DNA from: Flavobacteriales bacterium | Lineage (GTDB): Bacteria; Bacteroidota; Bacteroidia; Flavobacteriales; BACL11 | Assembly: GCA_002712715.1 (NCBI GenBank) | Contig: PAUF01000007.1 | Coordinates: 514,134-578,133 of the forward strand | DNA length: 64,000 nt | Reading direction: 5' to 3' | In this document: positions 8,905-18,335 of the stretch, one piece after another | Position numbering within the stretch: the stretch's first letter is position 1 | Layout of the letters: each line of letters starts with the position of its first letter | Notes under the pieces: model-generated | What the model saw: the letters and a program-made list of their open reading frames with translations, nothing else | Database searches by the model: none | Told to the model about the DNA's origin: nothing | Translations under genes and position numbers: made by a program

Positions 8905-10405
8905 AAACAAAGTTGTACTATTAATTTTAGATGGATGGGGCCATGGACAGAAGAATGCTAATAACGCTATATATACAGCCAACACTCCATTTATAGACTC
9001 TCTGTATCAAAAATACCCAAATGCTGAACTAATAACTCATGGAGAAAGTGTAGGTCTTCCAAAAGGACAAATGGGTAACTCAGAAGTAGGACACATAAAT
9101 ATTGGAGCAGGAAGAATAGTTGATCAAAGCCTAGCTAGAATTAATAAAGATTGTGAAAACAATAAAATTTTACAAAATAACAACCTTAATAAAATACTAA
9201 ACAATACCAAAAATAATCTACATTTAATTGGATTAGTTTCTGCAGGAGGAATACACTCTCATGAAAACCATCTTTATAAATTATGTGAAATAGCAAAAAA
9301 CAAAGGAATTGAACAAGTTTTCATTCATGTATTTACTGATGGCAGAGACTGTGATCCTCACAGCGCCATCGAATCGATAAAAAATTTAGAAGAAAATAGT
9401 CATGGAGCTAAAATTGCTACTATATGTGGGAGGTTTTACGCAATGGACAGAGACAACAGATGGGAAAGAACAAAAATATGTTATGAAGCATTAGTAAATG
9501 GGACCGGTGAAAAATCAAAAAATATCTACTCAAGCATAACTAATTCATACAATAATGGAATTAGCGATGAATTTATCAAACCAATAATACACGTAGACAG
9601 ATCAAATCAACCTATTGCAAAAATATGCAATGGAGACAGTATAATTTGTTTTAATTTTAGAACGGATAGATGCCGACAACTAACTAATGTTTTAACTCAA
9701 AATGATTTCCCTAAATTAGGTATGAAAAAACTCAATCTCATATATGCAACTATGACCGTTTACGATGAGAATTTTATAAACATAAACGCTATTTACGAGA
9801 AAGATAAAATCAAAAATTCAATTGGAGAGATTATATCAAAAAACAATTTAAAACAAATAAGAATAGCTGAAACAGAAAAATATCCACACGTAACGTACTT
9901 TTTTTCTGGAGGGAATGAAATAGAATTTACAAATGAAAAAAGAATTTTAACCGCTTCTCCTAATGTCACAACATATGATAAAAAACCTGAGATGAGCGCG
10001 ATTGAAGTGACTAAAAAATGTGTGAACGAAATCAATGAAAACTCAACTGACTTTATCTGTGTCAACTTAGCAAATCCTGATATGGTAGGACATACTGGTA
10101 ATTTTCAATCTATAGAAAAAGCAGTAGAAACCGTTGACAAATGCACCAAAGAAATTGTAAGAAATTCTATACAAAATAATTATTGTATTTTAATTATTGC
10201 TGACCACGGTAATGCAGAGTTTGCTAGAAATAAAGATGGGACACCAAATACAGCTCATACGAAAAACCCCGTACCTATTTTTGCAATTAATACAAAATAT
10301 AACAACATAGAAAATGGAATACTTGCAGACATAGCTCCGACAATTTTAAATATTATGGGAATTACAATACCAAAAGAAATGACTGGAAAAATTATACTAA
10401 AATGA
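8897..10405 (+). CDS. gpmI: 2,3-bisphosphoglycerate-independent phosphoglycerate mutase
   Basis: It has the motifs LLILDGWG, NSEVGHINIGAGR and ADHGNAE, and is about 500 aa long. Confidence 0.92.
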   Translation: MIENKVVLLILDGWGHGQKNANNAIYTANTPFIDSLYQKYPNAELITHGESVGLPKGQMGNSEVGHINIGAGRIVDQSLARINKDCENNKILQNNNLNKILNNTKNNLHLIGLVSAGGIHSHENHLYKLCEIAKNKGIEQVFIHVFTDGRDCDPHSAIESIKNLEENSHGAKIATICGRFYAMDRDNRWERTKICYEALVNGTGEKSKNIYSSITNSYNNGISDEFIKPIIHVDRSNQPIAKICNGDSIICFNFRTDRCRQLTNVLTQNDFPKLGMKKLNLIYATMTVYDENFININAIYEKDKIKNSIGEIISKNNLKQIRIAETEKYPHVTYFFSGGNEIEFTNEKRILTASPNVTTYDKKPEMSAIEVTKKCVNEINENSTDFICVNLANPDMVGHTGNFQSIEKAVETVDKCTKEIVRNSIQNNYCILIIADHGNAEFARNKDGTPNTAHTKNPVPIFAINTKYNNIENGILADIAPTILNIMGITIPKEMTGKIILK

Positions 10406-11799
10406 AAGAAATAAATAAATATATAAATAAAAACAAGGATAGATTTATAAATGAACTTATTAATCTATTAAAAATACCTTCAATATCTGCTGACTCGAAT
10501 TACTCTAAAGATGTTCTTTCTTGTGCAGAACATGTTTCTAAATCATTAATTAAAGCGGGCGCAGAAAATGTCGAAATCATTCCTACCGATGGATTTCCTG
10601 TAGTATATGGAGAAAAAATTTTTGATGAGAACTTACCAACTGTACTAGTATATGGACATTATGATGTACAACCAGCTGACCCCTTAGAATTATGGGAAAG
10701 CGGACCTTTTGACCCTATAATAAAAAAAACAAAAATTCACCCCGATGGAGCTATTTTTGCAAGAGGTGCATGCGACGATAAGGGTCAATTTTTTTCTCAT
10801 GTAAAAGCATTTGAAACAATGATCAATACAAATAATCTTACATGCAATGTAAAATTCATGATTGAAGGAGAAGAAGAGGTCGGATCTATAAACCTTTCAA
10901 AATTTGTCAAAGAAAATAAGCAAAAACTTTCATGTGACACTATTTTAATTTCCGATACAGGAATAATTTCTAACAACAACCCATCCATAACAACTGGATT
11001 GAAAGGGCTTAGTTATTTAGAAGTAGAAGTTACTGGGCCTAACAGAGACTTACACTCAGGACTATATGGAGGAGCTGTTGGAAACCCTATTAATATATTA
11101 TGTGAAATGATTTCCAAGCTAAAAGATAAAAATAATAAGATTACTATTCCTGGATTTTATGATAATGTTCAAGAGCTATCTGAATGTGAAAGAAAAGATA
11201 TGGGAAGAGCTCCATTTAACATTGATAAATATAAAGAAGCTTTAGAATTAAGTGATATACATGGGGAAAAAGGATATACAACTATTGAACGAACAGGAAT
11301 AAGACCTACATTAGATGTTAATGGAATATGGGGAGGATATATAGGCGAAGGAGCAAAAACAGTTATTCCTTCAAAAGCATTTGCCAAAATATCCATGCGT
11401 TTAGTGCCTAATCAAAGGGATAATGAAATTACTGAAAAATTTACAGACTTCTTCAAGTCTATAGCTCCCAAAAGTGTTTCAGTGAAGGTCTCCCCTCACC
11501 ATGGAGGAGAGCCTTATGTGTGCCCTACAGATATCCCATCGTATTTGGCCGCAAGTAAAGCAATGGAAATAACTTATAATAAAAAACCGATACCCGTAAG
11601 AAGCGGAGGAAGTATTCCTATAGTTGCTCTATTCGAAAAAGAATTGAGGGTAAAATCAATTTTACTAGGTTTTGGACTAGATTCAGACGCTATTCATTCA
11701 CCTAATGAACATTACGGAATATTCAATTACCTTAAAGGAATAGAAACAATACCATATTTCTTTAGTAATTACAGCAAACTATTTAACAAAAAAATATAA
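10402..11799 (+). CDS. M20-family metallo-dipeptidase
   Basis: It has the motifs YGHYDVQPA, GACDDKGQ and IEGEEEVGS. A 4-nt overlap couples it to gpmI. Confidence 0.8.
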   Translation: MKEINKYINKNKDRFINELINLLKIPSISADSNYSKDVLSCAEHVSKSLIKAGAENVEIIPTDGFPVVYGEKIFDENLPTVLVYGHYDVQPADPLELWESGPFDPIIKKTKIHPDGAIFARGACDDKGQFFSHVKAFETMINTNNLTCNVKFMIEGEEEVGSINLSKFVKENKQKLSCDTILISDTGIISNNNPSITTGLKGLSYLEVEVTGPNRDLHSGLYGGAVGNPINILCEMISKLKDKNNKITIPGFYDNVQELSECERKDMGRAPFNIDKYKEALELSDIHGEKGYTTIERTGIRPTLDVNGIWGGYIGEGAKTVIPSKAFAKISMRLVPNQRDNEITEKFTDFFKSIAPKSVSVKVSPHHGGEPYVCPTDIPSYLAASKAMEITYNKKPIPVRSGGSIPIVALFEKELRVKSILLGFGLDSDAIHSPNEHYGIFNYLKGIETIPYFFSNYSKLFNKKI

Positions 11800-11820
11800 T
11801 TTATAAATTTAAATCTACTA

Positions 11821-13089
11821 CTAAATAACCACAATTATAAAATAATTTTTCTTGCCTTTCTGTCCAAGAATATATTTGTCATTTAATATATGATTAGAAT
11901 TCAGATAATCAACATCTATCACTCTCTCCTTATTAATACTAACAGCATTACTATTAAACATTCTTCGAGCCTCTCCTTTGCTTGAAAAAACCTTCGTTTT
12001 TTCAGTAAGTAATTCTAATAAATTACTACTTAAGTCTTTTCTATTAATTTCATATAAAGGCACCCCTTCAAACACAGAAAGAAAGGTATCTTCATCCAAT
12101 TTCCTTAAGTCTTCTGACGTCGACTTTCCAAACAATATAGAAGAAGATTGAATAGCCATTTCTAAATCTTCTGGGGAATGAACTCTTTTAGTTACATCTT
12201 CGGCAATTGCCTTTTGCAATAAGCGAAGATGAGGTGACATTTCATGTTCTTTAATTATTAAATCTATTTCTTTTTGGGTTTTAAGTGTAAATATTTTAAT
12301 GTAATTTTTCGAATCTTCATCCGAAGCGTTAATCCAAAATTGATAAAACTTATATGCTGATGTTTTAATTTTATCCAGCCATACATTACCATCCTCAGTT
12401 TTTCCAAATTTACCACCATCTGATTTCTGAATTAGAGGAGTGGTTAAAGCAAATACCTGTCCTCCATCTTTTTTCCGTATTAACTCTATTCCAGTAACTA
12501 TATTACCCCACTGATCTGACCCACCTAATTGCACTGTACATGATTTATTTTTCCATAACCAATAAAAATCATATCCCTGCACTAATTGGTATGAAAACTC
12601 AGTAAAACTCATGCCTGTTTCAATTCTATTTTTAACTGAATCCTTAGTCATCATATAACCAATAGGTATATATTTACCTACATCTCTAATAAAACTTAAA
12701 AAATTATATGATTTAAACCAATCAAAATTATTTACAATCTCCGCTGAGTTATCTCCGCAGTTGAAATCTAAGAATTTTTCTAATTGTTTCTTAACTGCAT
12801 TAATATTATTATTTAATGTATCTTCATCTAAGAGGTTTCTCTCTTTACTTTTCCCTGAAGGATCCCCAACCATTCCAGTAGCTCCTCCAATTAAAACAAT
12901 AGGCTTGTGCCCCATTTTTTGTAAATGAACTAAAGTCATTATTTGAACAAGGCTGCCAATATGTAATGAATCAGCAGTAGGATCAAAACCAATATAAGCT
13001 GTAATCATATTGTTTTGAAAATGATCATCTGTACCAGGAACCAGGTCATGCACCATTCCTCTCCACTTCAATTCTTTCACTAAATCCAT
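11821..13089 (-). CDS. tyrS: Tyrosine--tRNA ligase
   Basis: It has the HIGH-type motif (LHIGSL), the KMSKS-type motif (KFGKT) and a C-terminal S4-like domain. Confidence 0.92.
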   Translation of the reverse strand: MDLVKELKWRGMVHDLVPGTDDHFQNNMITAYIGFDPTADSLHIGSLVQIMTLVHLQKMGHKPIVLIGGATGMVGDPSGKSKERNLLDEDTLNNNINAVKKQLEKFLDFNCGDNSAEIVNNFDWFKSYNFLSFIRDVGKYIPIGYMMTKDSVKNRIETGMSFTEFSYQLVQGYDFYWLWKNKSCTVQLGGSDQWGNIVTGIELIRKKDGGQVFALTTPLIQKSDGGKFGKTEDGNVWLDKIKTSAYKFYQFWINASDEDSKNYIKIFTLKTQKEIDLIIKEHEMSPHLRLLQKAIAEDVTKRVHSPEDLEMAIQSSSILFGKSTSEDLRKLDEDTFLSVFEGVPLYEINRKDLSSNLLELLTEKTKVFSSKGEARRMFNSNAVSINKERVIDVDYLNSNHILNDKYILGQKGKKNYFIIVVI

Positions 13090-13105
13090 TAAAATATTTT
13101 TTTCT

Positions 13106-13113
13106 CAAAATTA
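13106..13113 (-). promoter_or_regulatory. -7 promoter box (TAATTTTG on the minus strand) for tyrS
   Basis: The plus strand reads CAAAATTA, 17 nt upstream of the tyrS ATG (13089). Confidence 0.4.
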
Positions 13114-13145
13114 AAAAAATATTCTGATTAAATAACTCATTATCA

Positions 13146-13153
13146 TATCTTTG
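13146..13153 (+). promoter_or_regulatory. -7 promoter box TATCTTTG, only 4 nt from ATG 13158 (leaderless candidate)
   Basis: It is an exact TAnnTTTG match that ends 4 nt before the start codon. Confidence 0.45.
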
Positions 13154-13157
13154 CTGT

Positions 13158-14159
13158 ATGATATTTGTTACTGGCGGAACAGGTCTTGTTGGATCACACA
13201 TTTTATTAGAAATTACCAAGCAGAAAATACCTGTGAGAGCTCTTAAAAGAATTAGTAGCTCTAAAATAGTTTGTGAAAAGGTTTTTAATTACTATAAACA
13301 ATCACATCTTCTTAAAGAAATAGAGTGGATTGATGGCGATATCAATGATATTATATCTATAGAAGAAGCTATAAATGGATGTAATTATGTCATTCACGCA
13401 GCTGCTATTATATCTTTTAATCCAGATGATGTTAAAGAAATGCTTAATGTCAATATAAAAGGAACAGCTAATGTTGTTAATGCCTGCCTAGATTCTAATA
13501 TTAAAAAAATAGCATACATAAGCTCTATCGCAGCTTTAGGAAGAAATACATCAAAAGGGATTGTGAATGAGAATTGCATTTTTCAAATGAATAAATTAGA
13601 AACAAATTATTCCATATCAAAATACCACGCAGAGCTAGAATTATGGAGAGGAGCTGCAGAAGGTTTAGAGACAGTCATTTTAAATCCATCTGTAATTTTA
13701 GGTGCGGGTGATTGGTCAAAAGGCAGTTCTCAAATCTTTGAAAAATCTTTCAAAGGAATCAAATATTATAGCGAAGGAGGCACAGGGTATGTAGATGTAA
13801 TTGATGTAGCAAAATGCGCAGTTATGTTATTACATTCTGATATAAAAAATGAGAGGTTTATTATTAATTCTGAGAACATTAAATATCGAGATATTTTTGA
13901 CACTTTATCAGAAAAATTTAACAAACCAAAACCTAAAATAAAAGTCACTACACTAATGAAAGAAATCGCTTGGAGAATTGAATATGTTAAATCTTTATTT
14001 TTAGACATAAATCCTAGAATTACTAGAGAAACAGCAAATATGGCAATGTCACGAAGTGAATACTCGAATAACAAACTCCAAAAATATTTAGATTACAAAT
14101 TTATTCCAATCTCAGAAAGTTTAGAAAATTACGCTAATTGGTTTTTATCAGAGAGATAA
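13158..14159 (+). CDS. NAD-dependent epimerase/dehydratase family protein (dihydroflavonol-reductase-like)
   Basis: It has the N-terminal Rossmann motif MIFVTGGTGLVGSH and an extended-SDR YxxxK (YSISKYHAE). Confidence 0.75.
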   Translation: MIFVTGGTGLVGSHILLEITKQKIPVRALKRISSSKIVCEKVFNYYKQSHLLKEIEWIDGDINDIISIEEAINGCNYVIHAAAIISFNPDDVKEMLNVNIKGTANVVNACLDSNIKKIAYISSIAALGRNTSKGIVNENCIFQMNKLETNYSISKYHAELELWRGAAEGLETVILNPSVILGAGDWSKGSSQIFEKSFKGIKYYSEGGTGYVDVIDVAKCAVMLLHSDIKNERFIINSENIKYRDIFDTLSEKFNKPKPKIKVTTLMKEIAWRIEYVKSLFLDINPRITRETANMAMSRSEYSNNKLQKYLDYKFIPISESLENYANWFLSER

Positions 14160-14510
14160 TAAAATATTCTTTTCATTTTCTAAATCTTCTAAAATTGAAT
14201 CATAAATTTCGAGCATTAATTTCGGATTAGTTGAGTAATAATCAAAAGAATGGATAAATTCTTCATAATTAACGTTATATTTTAAAAGTATCTGTTGATA
14301 TGGACTACTAGAAGAATCAACTACATTTTGAAGATTATATGATTCTGAAAGATAGAATTCTTTCAAACAATTTCTAAAGTCTTCTTTTGATAATGGAGTA
14401 GAGTTTGAAAAATAATTATCTACCGCATTACAAGACAGGAATAAAGATAGAAATATAAAAAAAAATCGTTTCACATGACAAATATATTTTATTTTATATA
14501 TTTGCACCAA
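14148..14510 (-). CDS. Hypothetical lipoprotein (DUF4296-like)
   Basis: The signal/lipobox KRFFFIFLSLFLSC is present. The true start may be GTG at 14474, giving MKRFFF..., with a -7 box 5 nt upstream. Its 3' end overlaps the convergent epimerase gene by 12 nt. Confidence 0.55.
   Translation of the reverse strand: MVQIYKIKYICHVKRFFFIFLSLFLSCNAVDNYFSNSTPLSKEDFRNCLKEFYLSESYNLQNVVDSSSSPYQQILLKYNVNYEEFIHSFDYYSTNPKLMLEIYDSILEDLENEKNILLSL
14479..14486 (-). promoter_or_regulatory. -7 promoter box (TATATTTG on the minus strand)
   Basis: The plus strand reads CAAATATA, 5 nt upstream of the candidate GTG start at 14474. Confidence 0.35.
14497..14504 (+). promoter_or_regulatory. -7 promoter box TATATTTG for the DGGDT-repeat gene
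   Basis: It is an exact TAnnTTTG match 32 nt upstream of ATG 14536. Confidence 0.5.
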
Positions 14511-14535
14511 TTATTAACCAATTAACATCAAAAAA

Positions 14536-14781
14536 ATGGATAAGAAAAAAGGAATTATTGTAATACTTATCGCTGCAGTTGCAATCTGGTGGTTCATGAA
14601 AGAACCTGCAGAAGCTACACCAGCTGGTGATGGGGATCAAAACCCTCCAACTAATGTACCTGCTTCTACTGATGGTGGAGATACTGATGGTGGAGACACT
14701 GATGGTGGAGACACTGATGGTGGAGACACTGATGGTGGAGACACTGATGGTGGAGATACTGATGGTGGAGACACTAAGTAA
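14536..14781 (+). CDS. Small N-terminally membrane-anchored protein with an acidic (DGGDT)x7 tandem repeat
   Basis: The 81-aa protein has a TM segment IIVILIAAVAIWWF, a Pro/Thr linker and then 7 perfect pentapeptide repeats. It has its own -7 box and a strong terminator. Confidence 0.7.
   Translation: MDKKKGIIVILIAAVAIWWFMKEPAEATPAGDGDQNPPTNVPASTDGGDTDGGDTDGGDTDGGDTDGGDTDGGDTDGGDTK
14671..14775 (+). repeat. In-frame 15-bp tandem repeat x7 (GATGGTGGAGA[C/T]ACT)
   Basis: Seven head-to-tail copies differ only at one synonymous position (copies 1 and 6 carry GAT). Confidence 0.95.
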
Positions 14782-14803
14782 AATTACAATTTGAAAAAAT
14801 AAA

Positions 14804-14830
14804 GAAGACGTCTTTTAGACGTCTTTTTTT
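14804..14830 (+). terminator. Rho-independent terminator
   Basis: AGACGTCT (14806-14813) pairs with AGACGTCT (14817-14824) around a TTT loop, followed by a T-run to 14830. Confidence 0.8.
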
Positions 14831-14877
14831 ATGCAATAAATATTTTTTATAACTCATATCAATATCCTATTTAAGAA

Positions 14878-14893
14878 TATCTTTGTATCTTTG
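14878..14893 (+). promoter_or_regulatory. Tandem duplicated -7 boxes TATCTTTG TATCTTTG
   Basis: Two exact TAnnTTTG matches sit back to back, 22-30 nt upstream of ATG 14915. Confidence 0.5.
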
Positions 14894-14914
14894 TAAAAGT
14901 TAAATACAAGAATT

Positions 14915-15166
14915 ATGAAAAAAACACTATCAATACTAACAATACTTTTATTTACTTTTGCTGTTACAATCAGCTCATGTGGAGACTCTGATTCTGCAAA
15001 ACAGTGTGACAGTGCTACAGAAACTACTTCAGTAGCTACTGATGGTAAATGCTGCGGAAATGAAAAAGGATGTTGTTCTGGAGGAGAATCGCACAGTCAT
15101 AATGAAGGAGACAGCGACCATGATCACCCTTCGAATGCTGATGGAGAGGTCGAAGCTGCGGAATAA
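14915..15166 (+). CDS. Small Cys/His/Asp-rich lipoprotein (putative metal-binding)
   Basis: It has the signal plus lipobox FAVTISSC. The mature part contains KCCGNEKGCCSGG and HSHNEGDSDHDH. Confidence 0.65.
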   Translation: MKKTLSILTILLFTFAVTISSCGDSDSAKQCDSATETTSVATDGKCCGNEKGCCSGGESHSHNEGDSDHDHPSNADGEVEAAE

Positions 15167-15178
15167 ATTTTTTAGAAA

Positions 15179-16510
15179 TTATCGATTAAATAGGAGTCTT
15201 TTTCCCTTTTTATTTTCATAAAAAGAGCCATCTTCATATACTAAATTTCCATTTATAATGGTATGACTAACTTTAGAATTAAACTCATGACCCTCAAAAG
15301 GTGACCAGCCACACTTATATAAAATATTATTTTTATTAACAGTCCATTTTTTATCTAGATCAATTAACACAAGATCTGCATAATATCCCTCTCTAACATA
15401 TCCTCTATCTTCTATCTGAAAACAGATAGCAGGGTTGTGACACATTTTTTCAACTATTTTTTCTAAAGAAATTTGATCATTAAAATGAAATTCTAACATG
15501 GCATGTAACGCATGTTGAACCAAAGGACCTCCTGATGGAGCTGAAAAATAAGGGTTGTTTTTTTCTTCTAATGTATGCGGAGCATGATCCGTGGCAATAA
15601 TATCTAATTTATCAGTTAAAAGGCCTTCAAATAAAGCCGCTTTGTCTTGCTTCGACTTAACAGCTGGATTCCACTTTATAAAAGTACCTTTATCAACATA
15701 GTCAGACTCATCAAACCATAAATGATGGACACATACCTCAGATGTAATTCGCTTATCCTTCAACGAAATTGTATTATCAAAAAGCTCCAATTCTTTAGCA
15801 GTTGATATATGGAAAACATGTAACCTAGCATTATGTTTTTTCGCTAATGAAACAGCATAATAACTAGATTGATAGCATGCATTCTCACTACGAATATTAG
15901 GATGCTCAACAATTGGGACATTCTCTCCATATTTCAATTTCGCTTCTTTGATATTTTCTCTAATGATTGACTCATCTTCACAATGTACCGCTATCAACAT
16001 TTCAGATTTTTTAAATATTTCCTCTAAAACGTCCTTATTATCTACTAGCATATTACCAGTTGAAGATCCCATGAATATTTTTAAAGCTCCTACTTTTTTA
16101 GGATCTGTCGCGAGCACCTCTTCAATATTATCATTTGACACACCCATAAAGAAAGAGAAATTCGCTAAAGACATCTTGCTAGCAATCTCAAACTTGTCTT
16201 CTAACAACTTTTGAGTAAGTGTTTGAGGATTAGTATTGGGCATTTCCATATAAGAAGTGATTCCTCCAGCAACAGCCGCCTTGCTTTCAGTATAAATTTC
16301 TGCTTTATGAGTCAATCCAGGTTCCCTAAAATGCACTTGATCGTCAATTACTCCTGGAATCAGGATCTTCCCTTGTGCATTTATAATTTTATCTGCCTTA
16401 ATATCTATTAATGAAGAAATTTCTTTTATCCTTTCACCTTCAATTAAAAGGTCAGAAACAAAAACTTTTCCCTCATTAACAATAGTAGCTTGCTTGATAA
16501 GAGTTATCAT
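15179..16510 (-). CDS. pyrC: Dihydroorotase (class I amidohydrolase)
   Basis: It has the motif DDQVHFREPG, the later blocks HCED and TDHAPH, and is 443 aa long. Confidence 0.8.
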   Translation of the reverse strand: MITLIKQATIVNEGKVFVSDLLIEGERIKEISSLIDIKADKIINAQGKILIPGVIDDQVHFREPGLTHKAEIYTESKAAVAGGITSYMEMPNTNPQTLTQKLLEDKFEIASKMSLANFSFFMGVSNDNIEEVLATDPKKVGALKIFMGSSTGNMLVDNKDVLEEIFKKSEMLIAVHCEDESIIRENIKEAKLKYGENVPIVEHPNIRSENACYQSSYYAVSLAKKHNARLHVFHISTAKELELFDNTISLKDKRITSEVCVHHLWFDESDYVDKGTFIKWNPAVKSKQDKAALFEGLLTDKLDIIATDHAPHTLEEKNNPYFSAPSGGPLVQHALHAMLEFHFNDQISLEKIVEKMCHNPAICFQIEDRGYVREGYYADLVLIDLDKKWTVNKNNILYKCGWSPFEGHEFNSKVSHTIINGNLVYEDGSFYENKKGKRLLFNR

Positions 16511-17241
16511 CTCCTATTAAATTTTCTAAAAAAACTTTTGATTTTCATCTGCAAAACACCAAAAACTGCTTCAAAGAAAATACCACCACTCATTTTAGAC
16601 TCTCCCTCTGTTCTATCAGTAAAAATGACTGGAACTTCTATTATGTTAAATTGATATTTCCAAGCAGTGAACTTCATCTCTATTTGAAAAGCGTAACCTA
16701 CAAACTGAATTTTATCAAGATCGATCGTTGTCAAAACTTCTCTTCGATAACATTTGAAACCAGCAGTTGCATCATTTATAGGCATTCTAGTAATTAACTT
16801 AACATATTTTGAAGCAAAAAACGACATTAACAATCTCATCATGGGCCAATTTACTATATTAACTCCTTTAACATATCTTGAACCAATCGCTACATCCCCT
16901 CCCTGATTACTACACGCGTCATATAAACGTGTTAAATCTTTAGGGTCATGAGAAAAGTCAGCGTCCATCTCAAAAATATACTGATAATCTTTAATTAAAG
17001 CCCATTTAAATCCATGTATATAAGCAGTTCCCAGACCTAATTTACCTGTTCGTTGCTCTAAAAATAATTGTGATGCAAATTCTGATTGTAAACCCTTAAC
17101 TATATCAGCTGTTCCATCTGGGGAACCATCATCAACAATCAAAATATCAAACTTCTTTTCTAACGAAAAAATTTTTCTGATTATTTTATCAATATTTTCT
17201 TTCTCGTTATAGGTAGGTATTATAATTAAACTGTCTGACAT
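16507..17241 (-). CDS. Polyprenol-phosphate mannosyltransferase (GT2, Dpm1-like)
   Basis: The blocks IIIPTYNEKENI, VDDGSPDGT and MDADFSHDP are typical of the family. Confidence 0.8.
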   Translation of the reverse strand: MSDSLIIIPTYNEKENIDKIIRKIFSLEKKFDILIVDDGSPDGTADIVKGLQSEFASQLFLEQRTGKLGLGTAYIHGFKWALIKDYQYIFEMDADFSHDPKDLTRLYDACSNQGGDVAIGSRYVKGVNIVNWPMMRLLMSFFASKYVKLITRMPINDATAGFKCYRREVLTTIDLDKIQFVGYAFQIEMKFTAWKYQFNIIEVPVIFTDRTEGESKMSGGIFFEAVFGVLQMKIKSFFRKFNRR

Positions 17242-17401
17242 GTAATTTATATTATTCTAGGCTAAAATAACATTTGTTTTATAAAGATAATAAATATGCT
17301 ATGAATTTGTTAATTCAACATTTATATTGATAAATTTTTCTCTTTCTAATAATATTAATGTAATGCTTTTTGTAGTTTAGCTATATACAAAAACAATTAT
17401 T

Positions 17402-18313
17402 ATGAAAACAAATCTACTCTCTATATTTATTCTAATAACTTTTTTCTTGAATGCTCAAGATTGCTCCGATTTATTCATCTCAGAATATGTTGAAGGGCCT
17501 GCAAACAATAATGGTATAGAAATATATAATCCAACAAATAATTCAATAGACTTATCATCATACACTATTAATAGATATAGTAACGGATCAAGCTCAAGTC
17601 CAGAAATATTTTCACTCTCTGGATCTATTTCTGCTGGAGATGCAATCGTATTTGGTAATGGGCAATTAGATTCTGTTGATCTTGGAACTTATTGGTCACT
17701 TCCCGTAGATCCTATATTTTTTTCATATTTAGATTTTTCTTGTAATGGAGATTATGATGCAAACTCTACATTTTATTTCAACGGAGATGACGCAATGACA
17801 CTTGAAAAAAACAGCAACATTATTGATGTTTTCGGAAAAGTAGGAGAAGATCCTGGATCAGCATGGACTGATGACGCTACTGCAGGATATACAGATGCAA
17901 ATGGAGGAACATGGTGGACAAAGCGTCAAACCTTAGTAAGGAAATACAATATTAGAAAAGGAGTTAATCAAAATCCTATTGTTTTTAATCCAACTATTGA
18001 ATGGGACTCTCTTCCCGATGCTACATATAACCAAATGGGACAGCACAGTTGCGACTGTATTACATCATCTACTAATATTAACAATGAAGTTTCCTATTGG
18101 ATATATCAAAATACAAACGATCAATCCAATAGTATTAGGATTAATTCTAAAATAAGAATCAAAAACGTTGAAATATTTGACATTTTAGGAAATAGAATTG
18201 GCAATTATTCATCTAATAAAATTCCCACTATTAATCTGTCGAAAGGAATCTATTTATATAAAATTCAATTTGTTGATGGACGATTCGCCTCTAACAAACT
18301 AACTATTAAATAA
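17402..18313 (+). CDS. Secreted lamin-tail-domain (LTD) protein with a T9SS C-terminal sorting domain
   Basis: It has a signal peptide. The LTD-like block LFISEYVEGPANNNGIEIYNPT...IDLSSY resembles the N-termini of extracellular nucleases. The C-terminus GIYLYKIQFVDGRFASNKLTIK is CTD-like. Confidence 0.65.
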   Translation: MKTNLLSIFILITFFLNAQDCSDLFISEYVEGPANNNGIEIYNPTNNSIDLSSYTINRYSNGSSSSPEIFSLSGSISAGDAIVFGNGQLDSVDLGTYWSLPVDPIFFSYLDFSCNGDYDANSTFYFNGDDAMTLEKNSNIIDVFGKVGEDPGSAWTDDATAGYTDANGGTWWTKRQTLVRKYNIRKGVNQNPIVFNPTIEWDSLPDATYNQMGQHSCDCITSSTNINNEVSYWIYQNTNDQSNSIRINSKIRIKNVEIFDILGNRIGNYSSNKIPTINLSKGIYLYKIQFVDGRFASNKLTIK

Positions 18314-18335
18314 ATCCTAAAATTCATTTCAAAAA

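Noticed and set aside
14148-14159. A 12-nt convergent 3' overlap between the epimerase and DUF4296-like genes (and 4 nt at 61552-61555)
   Set aside because: Short convergent stop-region overlaps are common in compact genomes. There is no hairpin or other structure to suggest regulation.
14671-14775. The 15-bp x7 repeat as a non-coding satellite or CRISPR-like element
   Set aside because: It is in frame within an ORF that has a signal-anchor, a promoter box and a terminator. The variation between copies is synonymous, which fits a coding repeat.
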